DNA from: Epiperipatus broadwayi
Taxonomy: Eukaryota > Animalia > Onychophora
DNA: 64,000 nucleotides
Reading direction: 5' to 3'
Assembly: GCA_028023455.1 (NCBI GenBank)
Contig: JAQFVV010000005.1
Span: 8,680,001 to 8,744,000, forward strand
Shown here: positions 12,722-23,301 of the stretch, piece by piece
How positions within the stretch are numbered: the first letter of the stretch is position 1
Layout of the letters: every line of letters starts with the position of its first letter
Translations under genes and position numbers: made by a program
Notes under the pieces: generated by a model
Seen by the model: only the letters and a program-made list of their open reading frames with translations
Told to the model about the DNA's origin: nothing
Database searches by the model: none

Positions 12722-13146
12722 GGTAAACATGAACTGTCCAGGTCATGACAAAATTCGAATTTTTGTTTCAAGTCTTTCTCACCAGAGTGTTTCTTGTCAA
12801 ATTACTGTCTATTGTAGTTTTCACTTATACAAAAGATACAATTTGCAAAGCAAATTCCTATACATATCCACACACAAAATGTGGAAAATATGTGGATGAG
12901 AGCTAAACGCAAGCTCAAACATCAGTGTGGCACCAGCAGTACTTTATTCGAATCCTACCTACAGAAATGTGCTTTTAGGACTCTCTACAAGACTGATGCC
13001 ATCTTTGTGAATTTTATCACTATTATAAGCAAAAACTACAATAGACAGTAATTATGAATGAACTTATTAAACTACAATGGACAGTAATTATGAATGAACT
13101 TATTACGGAATATGCTTAAAAGGTTGACTGTGTAATATGCGGCCGG
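12722..13146 (+). mobile_element. Merlin/IS1595-like DNA transposon copy A, left part (internally deleted, interrupted by Gypsy elements)
   Basis: Starts GGTAAACATGAACTGTCCAGG and contains a transposase C-terminus. By alignment with the minus copy at 21317-21695 it resumes at 19700. Confidence 0.65.
12869..13051 (+). pseudogene. Merlin (DDE_Tnp_IS1595) transposase C-terminal fragment
   Basis: HTQNVENMWMRAKRKLKHQCGTSSTLFESYLQKCAFR...YNRQ*, matching the HTQ.IE..W...K...R..G......YL C-terminal motif of the family. Confidence 0.7.
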
Positions 13147-13179
13147 CCACACAAGTGGACGCACAATATTGTTGCTGGA

Positions 13180-13197
13180 TGGCGCAGTCGACAGGAT
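13180..13197 (+). promoter_or_regulatory. Primer-binding site, complementary to a tRNA-Ser-type 3' end
   Basis: TGGCGCAGTCGACAGGAT is the reverse complement of ATCCTGTCGACTGCGCCA. It lies ~90 bp upstream of the gag ATG. Confidence 0.75.
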
Positions 13198-13287
13198 CCT
13201 CATATTTAGGATAGGATACAGATTCCAGGATATATAATCTAAAATGTATTACTGGAAATTTAATGCTGGTAGACATAATCGAAAAAC

Positions 13288-14050
13288 ATGGCCATTTCCA
13301 CATAAAACTTACGAGAGTTTGATGTGAGTAATCCTTCAGGATGGAATTTATATGTGGAGCAGTTGGACTGCTTTATGTGTCTTAGTAAGATAGAAGATGA
13401 GAAGTTGAAAGTCTCAACTTTATTATTTTATGCTGGAACTGATGTTGTGCAAATTGACAAGCAGCTATGTGATACAAAGATTCCCAAAGATTGTGCCATA
13501 TAATGAATTAGTAGAAAAACTAACTGTATTTTCAGCTGGAAGTCACAAAGAGGATATAGATAGCTCGCTTAAGATTCCAAATGAGAAGGCAGTTATCTCA
13601 GGAGACATGTCAGGAATACAACCTGGCCTTGTGATGATGTGCTAGGAATTGATTTATTGGGAAGACACACTGTTAGATCAATTTCTATATGGTATGACAG
13701 ATCACCATTTGAGGAAAATGCTATTAAATGTAGGTGATATCACATTTAGGATGGCTGCGGAGAAGTGTATAGCACATGAGCTGACAATAGCTAATGCATC
13801 AGAATTCCAGAAAATTGGTAAAGAAGCTAATATAGAAGTTGTTATCAGAACTACACCAAATGAACTGATTTGCTACTGTTGTGGAATTGCTGGACATACT
13901 AAGGTGTACAGATATAAGAAGAAAAATTGTCGTGTTTGTGGTGGAAAAGGACATCTGGCCCATATGTACAAAAAGGGTAGTAAAGAAAATCAATGCCCAG
14001 ACTTTAAATCTGAACAGAAAGCAGCTGTTAAGAAATCCACAATTAACTCT
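13288..14050 (+). pseudogene. gag: Gag with two CCHC knuckles, disrupted
   Basis: ATG at 13288; WNLYVEQL; LLDQFLYGM; CYCCGIAGH...CRVCGGKGH. Confidence 0.85.
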
Positions 14051-14069
14051 TTGAAGAACATTGCAGATA

Positions 14070-17000
14070 ACCAAATTACCCTAGCAGTATCCATTTGGAA
14101 AGCAAAGTCACCATGGAAGTGGACAGCAGTGCCGGATTGTCTGTATTATCTTTGAAAGGTTGGGACCAAATAAATGCTAGAGCTCAGTAGAAAGTTAAAA
14201 TTGTGTAAAACAAATGTTATAGCTACAGATGTAAATGGTAATAAGATAGATCTTTGTGGAAAAGTTTGTGTTCCAGTAAAATTAAATCAGAAACAGAAAG
14301 TTTTGCCATTATACATTGTTAAGAGACCTTAGCCCTTTACTGGGTAGAAATTGGTTTCATTCTTTAGGTATCTGTGTAAAGATCATTAACAAATTTAAAT
14401 TAGAGACTGAGGTTTGAAATAAGTTCCCACAGCTATTCAACAAGGACATTGCTGTATTAAAAACAAGACCAGTGGATGTAGAATTGACTAATGGTGCACA
14501 GCCTATAGTTTGCAGACCTCGAAAAATTCCACTTGCTCTTGCTGACACCAAAGATAGAAGAAACTATTGCAGATTTCGTAGTGAAAGACATTTTGTCATC
14601 GGTGAAGGACTCGTTATGGGCTACTCCTGTAGTAGTAATTGTAAAATCAGATGGAATGATTCGGTTTTCTGGAGATTACCGAATCACTGTTAACAAGTAC
14701 ACTAATAAAAGTGCTTATCCAGTACCTAGTGTGCCCGAGATATTAGCATCATTACAAAAAGCCTCGTTCTTCGCAAAAATAGATCTGAAATCTACTTTCC
14801 ATCAAATTCCGGTTACTGAAAAAACTGCAAATCTGGTTACTGAAAAAACTGCAAATCTGTTAACACTCACTACTCATGTAGGACTATTTAAGTGTAATAG
14901 GCTACCTTTTGGGATTACTATAGCACCTTTATAAAGTCGAATCTCGTGTTATGATTTGTAGAGGTCTCTTGCTAAAAAATTAAGCACTCAAAGCACGTAC
15001 TAAAGTTTTAGCTTTATATAAGTATAGCACCTAATATTTTCCAAGCTAAAATGGATAAATTGTTTCAGAATATGGACGGTGTAATCCCATATCTAGATGA
15101 TATACTAATCTCTGCCCAATCTGAAGAAGAATTGGAAAAATGTGTAATGGCAGTTTGTGCAAAACTAAATCAAATTGGTGCTACCATAAATGCAGGAAAA
15201 TGTATCAGGTCCAATCCAGAAATTAAATTTCAGGGTCACATAATAAATAGACAGGGAAAATATCCTAATCCAGAAAAAGTAAGAGATGTGAAAAAAGCTG
15301 CTACACCAAAAAATGTTAAGGATTTACAAGCTTTCCTCAGATTATTGAATTTTTTTGAAAATTATCTATGTGGTAAAGCTCATTTTTTGACTCCGCTATA
15401 TGATTTACTGAGAAAAGGACAAAACTGGAAATGGTTGAATGAACAAAGAGTTGCTTTTGGAAAAGCAAAATATCTAGTGACATCTGAAACCCTATTAGCG
15501 CATTATTGTAGTGATCAGAAAGTAGTGATTATGACAGATGCTTCAGATCATGGAGTAGGGGCAGTAATCTCACATCTTATAGCTGGACAAGAAAGACCCA
15601 TAGTGTATGCTTCCAGAATGTTATCTTCAGTTGAAAAAAACTACAGTCAGCTTAACAAAGAGGCTTTGGCTATTATATTTGCAATCAAAAAGTTCCATCA
15701 ATATATTTATGGTCGCAGTTTTAAATTATTCACAGATCATCGTCCTTTGCTTGGAATTTTTGGAAAAAATAAAAAAATACCTGAGCAAGTTAGTCAAAGG
15801 CTTCTCAGATGGATTATCATTTTAGCTGCCTATGACTATGAACTACACTACAAACACGGAAAGGAGATCGCCCATGCTGATGCTTTGTCACGTTTGCCAG
15901 CTAGAGATAGTATACCATGAAAATTTGTTGAAGTTAATTTATTGGAAATTATTAAATTAACCGATAATCTAGATAGTGCAAAATGTTTTAAATGGACTGT
16001 AAAAGACTCTAGTTGCCGACAATTAAAAATTTGGATACGAAATGGATGGACAAATGGTTGACCAAACTATGTAACTATAGAAATCTGGAATGCACATCAT
16101 TCAACTATCTATTTGTAATGATTGCATAGTTACGAATGATCGTGTATTTATACCACTAGAGGGACACCAATAAGTGTTAAAAATGTTGCATACTGGTCAC
16201 TCAGGCATAGTATCCATGAAAGCTCTTGCACGTTCCTATGTTTGTGGCCGCATATAGATCAAAATATTGAAAGAACTGTAAAATTGTGCCATGATTGTCA
16301 GGTTGGAGCGAATTTGCCCAGTAAAATGTTTAAACCTGGGTGGAGGCTAAAAAACCCTGGGAAAGAATACATATAGATTTTGCTGGACCTGTAAATGGAT
16401 ATTTAATCTTAGTAGTAATAGACTTACAGTAAATGGGTCAAGTATAGAGTTGTAAGGACTACGAGTACCTGATGTACGATTAAAGCTTTACAAGAGATTT
16501 TGCCACCCACGGTTATCCATAGACATTAGTGTCTGATAATGGCACAGCATTTTCGTCTACTGATTTTGAATCGTATTTGCCAGAAAAAGATATTCGTAAC
16601 ATTCTAACGCCAGCTTATCACCCAGCTTCAAATGGACTAGCAGAAAAGGCAGTTCAAAATTTAAAATCAAGTTTGAAGAAAAGTAAAGACTTAACATGGA
16701 TGAAGTGCTAGTTGATCTCCAGTGGAGTTGTTGTTTAATAGAACATGTTGGACACATCTATCTAAATTACTACCAAAAACAAAGGAAGGTCCATATCATA
16801 TAGAATCCCATTGTTCTGCTCCTCAAAGATTCATGATGGGCGAAAATGTATGGGTTTGTGATTATGGATATCAAGGATTATTACCAGTAGTACATCTGAA
16901 GTACCTACGATTAATAAAACTTGATAATGAATTACTTGTAAGACGTCATATGCTATGACCAACATGGACAAAAAAGAATCGGTTAAAAAGGAAACCCAAT

Positions 17001-17160
17001 GGGACTTATTGCCTAGAGCAGAGCTAGATAATCTGCCTCCCTTAACCCAAGAGAAATTATTGCCTGCAGATCAAATGATGCCAAAAGGTGACGATGCGGA
17101 CCCTGACCCGGATGACTCTAGTAAAACGATTGATCCTATTCCCGAAAGCTGTATTCCATG
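14070..17160 (+). pseudogene. pol: Pol (protease, RT, RNase H, integrase), frameshifted
   Basis: MEVDSSAG (PR); WATPVVVIVKSDG..DYR and YLDDILI (RT); TDAS..YSQLNKEALAI..TDHRPL (RH); SDNGTAF..YHPASNGLAE (INT). Confidence 0.92.
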
Positions 17161-17174
17161 AAGTCAAAGAATCC

Positions 17175-17405
17175 GGAAGAAACCAGCTAAATTTAATGAT
17201 TATTTTCTAGAATAGGGGGAGATATGTGTAATATATAAACATTTATATATATATACGTACTTGACTCTATTTCTACAGGCGAGGTTTTTAGGAAGAAACC
17301 AGCTAAATTTAATGATTATTTTCTAGAATAGGGGGAGATATGTGTAACATATAAACATTTATATATATATACGTACTTGACTCTATTTCTACAGGCGAGG
17401 TTTTT
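17175..17405 (+). repeat. 116-bp tandem duplication spanning the PPT/LTR junction
   Basis: ggaagaaaccagctaaa... at 17175 and 17291. Confidence 0.9.
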
Positions 17406-17409
17406 TGTT

Positions 17410-18357
17410 TTCCTGGTTCTTTTTTGAACAAGCTGGGGTAATTATTTTTGACTTGCGATTCTATGTCGATTTTTTTTATTTTTATCATAATTTGATCAGA
17501 TTCGTCTATAGTAGCACTTTTTATGTAGCTATTTTCCATCGCTTTGCACGTAAATTCTCTGTTCGGTTTTGTATGGTGGTGCCATCTTTCGGGATACTCA
17601 GTTATTTTCCGATCAGATTAATCTATAGTAGCACTTTTTATGTAGCTACTTTCCATCACTCTGCACGACTTTGTATGGTGGTGCCATCTTTTGGGATACT
17701 CAGTTATTTTCCGATAACTTTCAGTTTCTGGTAAACTGCAATCCCGGGCTTTGTGACCAATTTTTCTACATCAAAAACATTTAATTTGTTTATCGGTTTT
17801 GGGTTTAACTCCAAACTGTTCTTGTGAAGCTTCTGAACTCTCTCGCTTGGTCAAGCTGCAATTCATAAGCTGTTGCACGTCTGATAGCTTCTTCATAGGT
17901 TACATCTTTTATTGCCAGTAAGATTTGTCTAAACTGGTCATCAATTATTCCGTATAATAGTTGTTCTAGAAGGGCTTCTTTTAAATATTTACCGTAAAGG
18001 CATGGCTTTGCCATCTCTTAAACCAATGTCATATTCTTTTATTTTCTCATTCTTTCTTTGCCTTCTGCCTCTAAAGTGCAATCGAGCAATAAACTTGGAT
18101 GGCTGGGGATTAAAATATTCATTTAGCTGTGTTACGAGCTCATCATATTTCTGTGTCTCCGGCGAATTTCCACATAGTTTGTTCACTATTTCGATTACTC
18201 TCTCGCCTGCAAAGCAAAGTAATGAGGCTACTTTTACAGTATTCTCCATAATACTATTTAGTATAAAGTAGTTTTTTATTCTCTGAACATACAGTGACCA
18301 ATCACTCAGATCTTTTATATTAAATTCACAAATAAAAACTTGCGATATGCTCACCAT
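17410..18357 (-). pseudogene. gag: Gag of a second Gypsy element B (5' portion only)
   Basis: DWSLYVQRIKNYF...ARLHFRGRRQ; LLEQLLYGIIDD. Homologous in pattern to gag A. It carries an internal ~115-bp tandem duplication at ~17490-17715. Confidence 0.8.
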
Positions 18358-18420
18358 TTCTCTATTAATTCGAATCTACTTACGCTTTGTCTCAGCTTGC
18401 TGTTTAGGCAATTATTTGCA

Positions 18421-18554
18421 GATTCGATCCTATGATGACCGAACCAATTTTTAATGCAGTTCCATTCCTGTATTAACTGCCACTTTCTTTGATTCGATTC
18501 CTGTGCCGACTGTGCCAATATCTTTCAGGTTCTATTCCTGTCATTACTGCGCCA
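18421..18554 (-). repeat. Array of four PBS-like motifs with 35-37-nt spacing
   Basis: Minus-strand TGG starts at 18554, 18517, 18482 and 18446, each followed by ...(C/T)AGGA(A)T(C/A/G)GAA(T)C. Confidence 0.7.
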
Positions 18555-18557
18555 ATA

Positions 18558-18992
18558 TGCTGTGTCTTATGACCAGCGAGTAAATAAATGGACAAAGGCA
18601 GAAATTGAGAGGTAAGATTATAGTTTAATACAAATAATTTTAACTATATGCATGGCCTATTATAAGGCATAATAAAATAATAAAAGGTCATGGTGACCTG
18701 CATATAAATACCCTAGTCCTGCTTTTGGACTTACAGAGACAGGAGTCTCTGACTATAATTAAAACTCAGAACATACTCAGCACAATTAAATCAGGTTATG
18801 GGGGTTTATATACCCCTCAAGACTTCTGGAGTCTTTTACATTCCTAACCATATATGATGTTTTCTCTTACGTTTTTACACACACGCAGTATTTTCATATT
18901 TCTCACCATATATGGTATTTTACATAGTTTTCTGACCCTATAAGATCAGCTGGGCTTTCTATTATTATACAACTTTCTATGATTTAACAACA
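18558..18992 (-). mobile_element. Probable 5' LTR of Gypsy B
   Basis: Minus strand TGTTGT...ACAGCA, then 3 nt, then TGGCGCAGT. There is an ATTAAA signal near the 3' end. No second LTR is available to confirm the boundaries. Confidence 0.5.
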
Positions 18993-19190
18993 TTGCAATT
19001 TTACACAATCGTTATTCTTAATTACTATACAGTTATTTTACATATTTATTATACATTACAGTTATTACTTTTATTCTACATTTATACAATTATTATTGTT
19101 TTACATATTCGTTATACAGTATTTATACAATTATTATTATTTACATATTCATTATACATTATGTGTTTATACATTGACCTTGAATACTGC
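18993..19190. repeat. Degenerate AT/ATT-rich microsatellite
   Basis: Repeating tta/tat/aca motifs, almost no G. Confidence 0.6.
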
Positions 19191-19699
19191 AGTTCTGTAA
19201 TAAAGTTAAAGTAAATTATCTGTATTAATTAAAAGACAAGTCGATTGAAGAGTTTCTAGTGGATTCTGCGCAGTAATAATATTTGGTTTCTATCGTTACG
19301 CTATATTCTAAAAAGGTTTTAAAGACAACGGTTTCTTTTGATTAACAAACTGAAATTATAGTTACAGTTATAGTACATATTAAAGAGAAATACTAAATTG
19401 GGAATCACTCCTAAAGTGCTTACTACGTAAGTAGACTATATGAGAAAGAAATAAGACAGTTCTAAATTTAGTAAACTAATAACTGTATAATGTGCTATTT
19501 GCTAAACGCTGAATTATATATTTATATTCATTACAAATTCTAATTAAAGGATGTGTTATCAACTTTAGTTATACGTGTATGCAGGCCTGTTTATGTCTAT
19601 AGTATTAATAATTAATATAATATTTAATTACTCTTACCTGGGTTTATGTTTATTTCTAGACGCTACCACAGTTGAGTTAAACTCCCTGTGGACACAGCA

Positions 19700-19887
19700 G
19701 TTATTATTTTAATAAATTATTTTTTATCTGATATTTTTTGTTATTAATTATTTTTTATAATATAATTTTATGCCGCCGTGTATTTGCTATTTCACAACAA
19801 ATTTTAAAATAATTCGACAAGAAACACTATGGTGAAACAAATTTGAACTACAAAACTTTGTCGTGACCTGGACAGTTCATGTTTACC
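19700..19887 (+). mobile_element. Merlin-like copy A, right end; inverted repeat of 21317-21515
   Basis: Ends ...GTCGTGACCTGGACAGTTCATGTTTACC. About 190 bp align in reverse with 21317-21515. Confidence 0.75.
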
Positions 19888-20579
19888 GAAAATTTTATCA
19901 TCATCAGTAGTAGTGGCCATTCACTTAACACAATTTATTCTAGTATTACAATTTTAGATCTACTGTTCATACAATTTCATCCCAGCAAAATAACGAGTGC
20001 TATTACTTTCAACAGTCCTCACTTTATATGTAGCGAGGATTATGACAAATATTAAATATGTATTTTACACAACAGAATTTTTTACTGTACAATTTAGTCC
20101 TATAGCTAGCCTAGCCTCCCAAAGATAAAATACAGTATTGTATTAGTTTTTTTTTCCATTATTTACAACCGTTTTTACAACAAAAACAAATTTTTAGCCA
20201 GTTTAAAACAAAAAATAATCGAGTAACTTTTGAAAAATTCATATTGAATATTATATTGATGATTACATAATAAAAATGAATACAGCCTAAGCGTGAAGTT
20301 AGTTATGATATCTACTTTATTAAAGGCAGTAATAAGAAATGTTTAAAACAAAACAAAACAGTATTTTCATTTTATTCAACTTCCGAAACCCTAAACAAGG
20401 CAAAACTCTCCATACAGTAGTGCCACCCTGTGCCAACCAGAGTAATTACCCTAGTGGTAATTTTTCGTTCAAATACATTTTTTTAAAATTAGTGTCCTCT
20501 AGTAGGAAATTTTCGATAATTTAAAAAATATGATCCTCATTTATTAATTTCATAAAGAGAAAATTAGACAGGTAAAATT

Positions 20580-20901
20580 AGTGCATTGACGTAGTGGCGA
20601 TCGACAATCCCTAGAAAGATTTGCTAATTACAAATGTTTCTAGATAAGAGACGTTACCTTATTGGTTAGTGCATTGATTGATCGTTGCAGTTGTCAGAGA
20701 GCGATAAGAAGACTGGGTAACATCTAGCAGTGTAATATAAAGAGCAGTCACGCAGTAGCAAGTTGCAGACCATTCGTTTGGAGAGCATCGATTGCAGAGA
20801 ATATTCAGAGCATTCGTTGGAGAGCATACGCAGTTGAACAGTAGCGAACGTTATTTGCTTACCGCACAGTATGACTTGCAGTTATAACATTGGCACAGTC
20901 G
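20580..20901 (+). mobile_element. Probable solo LTR 3' part plus PBS stub
   Basis: TATA-like TAATATAAAG, duplicated CATTCGTT(T)GGAGAGCAT, and ...ATAACA-T-TGGCACAGTCG. The start was not defined. Confidence 0.4.
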
Positions 20902-21316
20902 TAAGTGCGGATACTACATATATTTTATATATTCGTTTACATTTACTCTTGATAGTATATACAAGCGCTTTAACACGCTGGGTGAAGAAGCTATATATAT
21001 AAAATGTAAGATTCAGGTCTGTATTATAATATTACTTTATACAAATCGTACTAACATTTGTAATGAAAGCAGCTATAACTTATAAAAAACATTTTACTTC
21101 TTACTTAGTTAAGCAGTAATTTATTGACTGATTGATTTTATTTTATACTCTTTCATTATTATAAAAAAATTAAACTTTAAAAACAAGTTCGACATACATT
21201 TTTAAATGCTTCAAATTCTAATCTTGTTTTAATTGACTTGGTTCTTAGGCCTTGTTTGATTCTTTTAATTCAATAAATATTTCATTCACCGTAATATATA
21301 ATATAGTAATTTTATC

Positions 21317-21695
21317 GGTAAACATGAATTTCCCAGGTCACTACTAAATTTTGTAGTTCAAATTTTTTTCACCAGTGTTTCTTGTCGAATTATTTAAAAA
21401 TTTGTTGTGAAATATCAAATACACGGCGGCATAACATTATATAAAAAAATAATTAATAACAAATAATTATATTATAAAAAATATCTGATAAAAAATAATT
21501 TATTAAAATAATAACAAAATAAACGGCCCGGATATTACACAGTGAACATTTTACGCAATAAGTTCATTCATAATTACTGTCCATTGTAGTTTAACAAGTT
21601 CATTCATAATTAATAAGTTCGTTCATTATTACTGTCCATTGTAGTTTTCGCTTATAATAGCGATAAAATTCGCAAAGACGGTGCCAGTCGTGTCA
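21317..21695 (-). mobile_element. Merlin-like copy B, 3' portion
   Basis: Reverse complement of 12990-13146 plus 19700-19887. It continues after the LINE at 26865. Confidence 0.75.
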
Positions 21696-21760
21696 TTTTA
21701 GGTTAGAAGTTTTTTTTTTTTTTAAAAAGTTGTTCCTGTTGAATGTGTGATAGCATAAGG

Positions 21761-22221
21761 ATATTTATAAAAAAGTTGTATCTAAGTTTAATTTGTTTTA
21801 GTTAAGTTTGTTACTGAAGGTTTTTTGAATTTAAAATAGGTATTTGGTTTGAGAAAAAAAGGTAACGTTTGTTAGGGAGGCCTAACATTAGAAGACACGT
21901 GGGTATAGTTTTGATCAGGTTTGGGAAAAGTAAAAAAGTTTAATTTTTCTGTATAAGTGTGTTTGAAGACTAGGTGAGGTATTATAAAGAGGTATTTATA
22001 AAAAATTGTATGTAAGTTTAATTCGTTTTAGTTAAGTTTGTTACTGAGAGTTTTTTAAATTTTAAAATTGGCATTTATTTTGAGATAAAAGGCCTAACGT
22101 TAGTAAACACGTACGTTAGTAAACACGTGGTTGTAGTTTGATCAAGCTTGGGAAAAAGTAAAAAAGTTTTTTTTATTTTTCAATATAAGGGTGTTTGAAG
22201 AATCAAATATAGAATAGGTGA
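21761..22221 (+). repeat. ~230-bp tandem monomers in the LINE 5' UTR
   Basis: tatttataaaaaa.ttgtat.taagttt...ggtga occurs twice (about 21761 and 21990). Confidence 0.8.
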
Positions 22222-22237
22222 TTTGAAAAATAAGAAT

Positions 22238-23230
22238 ATGGATTCCATTTGTGTGGCACAATGTATATACGATCGACAGAAAGGAGTTAGACGAGCAGTA
22301 GTAGAGTGTACAGTGTGTGCTGAGGTGTATCATTTGAAATGTTTGAATAAGAATAGGAAGGATGTAACAGGTTTCTGGATATGTAGTCAGTGTGTAAATG
22401 TGATTAAAGAGGTGAGAAAGTGGTTTTTAAGTGTAGGTAGTCTAGAGAGGAAGTCAGAGGAGAGGGAGAAAAATGTAGTTAAGAAAGATAGGACAGAGTA
22501 TGGTTTTAGTGGAGTGTCAGAAAATATGGGTGAAGGAAGTAGTAATGCAATGGAGATGGTTAGACAGAGAATAAGTAAGATAGAGTAAGAAATGAAGGAT
22601 GTAGAAGTAAAGTTAAAATTGTTAGAGATGAAGTATGGGGAGATAAAGGAATTATTGAGTAGAAATGATAAGGAAGAAATGGATAAGGAAATTCAGAAAG
22701 TGGTAGAAAAGGTTAAAGATGGAGTAGAGAAAGTAGATTATGAGGCAGTATTGATAGGAGATTCACTAATAAGAGAATGTGGGGATATAATTGCAAGAGA
22801 AAATAGAAGCAGGTATGTTAGAGTATGTTTGCCTGGAGCAAAAATTAGGGATGTGACAGATAAAGTAAGAAAGCAAGGTAGTAGAGATGTATATGTAATG
22901 GTAGGGACTAATAATTTGTTAGAGCCATCAGAGAAAGTAATGGATGAGTATGTAGAATTGATTAGGAATTTGAGAGAGATTAAAGGAAGAGTAGGAGTAG
23001 TGGGATTATTACCAAGATTTGATAAGAGGCATTTATTAGATAGGGCATGTTCAATAAATGAGAGAGTGAAAAAATTGTGTGAGAGAAATAATGTTGTGTT
23101 TGTGGATGTATGGGATTGGTTTATTGGAAAGAGGGAGTTGTATAGTAAAGATGATTTGCACTTAGGAAAACAAGGAAGTGAAGTTTTAGGGAGTCTGATA
23201 TTTAAAGAATATAATTCGGGAAATCTTTAA
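22238..23230 (+). pseudogene. LINE ORF1: PHD finger, coiled coil, SGNH/GDSL esterase; single in-frame stop at 22586-22588
   Basis: C..C..C..C...H..C...C..C; LIGDSL; CLPGAKI; VGTNN; D.LHL. Both ORF pieces are in the same frame. Confidence 0.88.
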
Positions 23231-23301
23231 AGGGGGGTGGGCTTTTAAATTGTAATATTATCAAAAAGAAGAATGGAGGGGATATAAGAAATAAGCAAAG
23301 G

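Larger units (their letters stand above)
13180..17405 (+). mobile_element. Gypsy/Ty3 LTR retrotransposon A (5' LTR absent, 3' LTR truncated)
   Basis: PBS, gag, PR-RT-RH-INT order, polypurine tract AATAGGGGGAGA at ~17211, then TGTG... LTR start. Confidence 0.9.

Noticed and set aside
18421-18554. CRISPR-like interpretation of the 36-nt periodic array
   Set aside because: Eukaryotic context, degenerate repeats, no cas genes; the motifs are better explained as anti-tRNA/PBS sequences.
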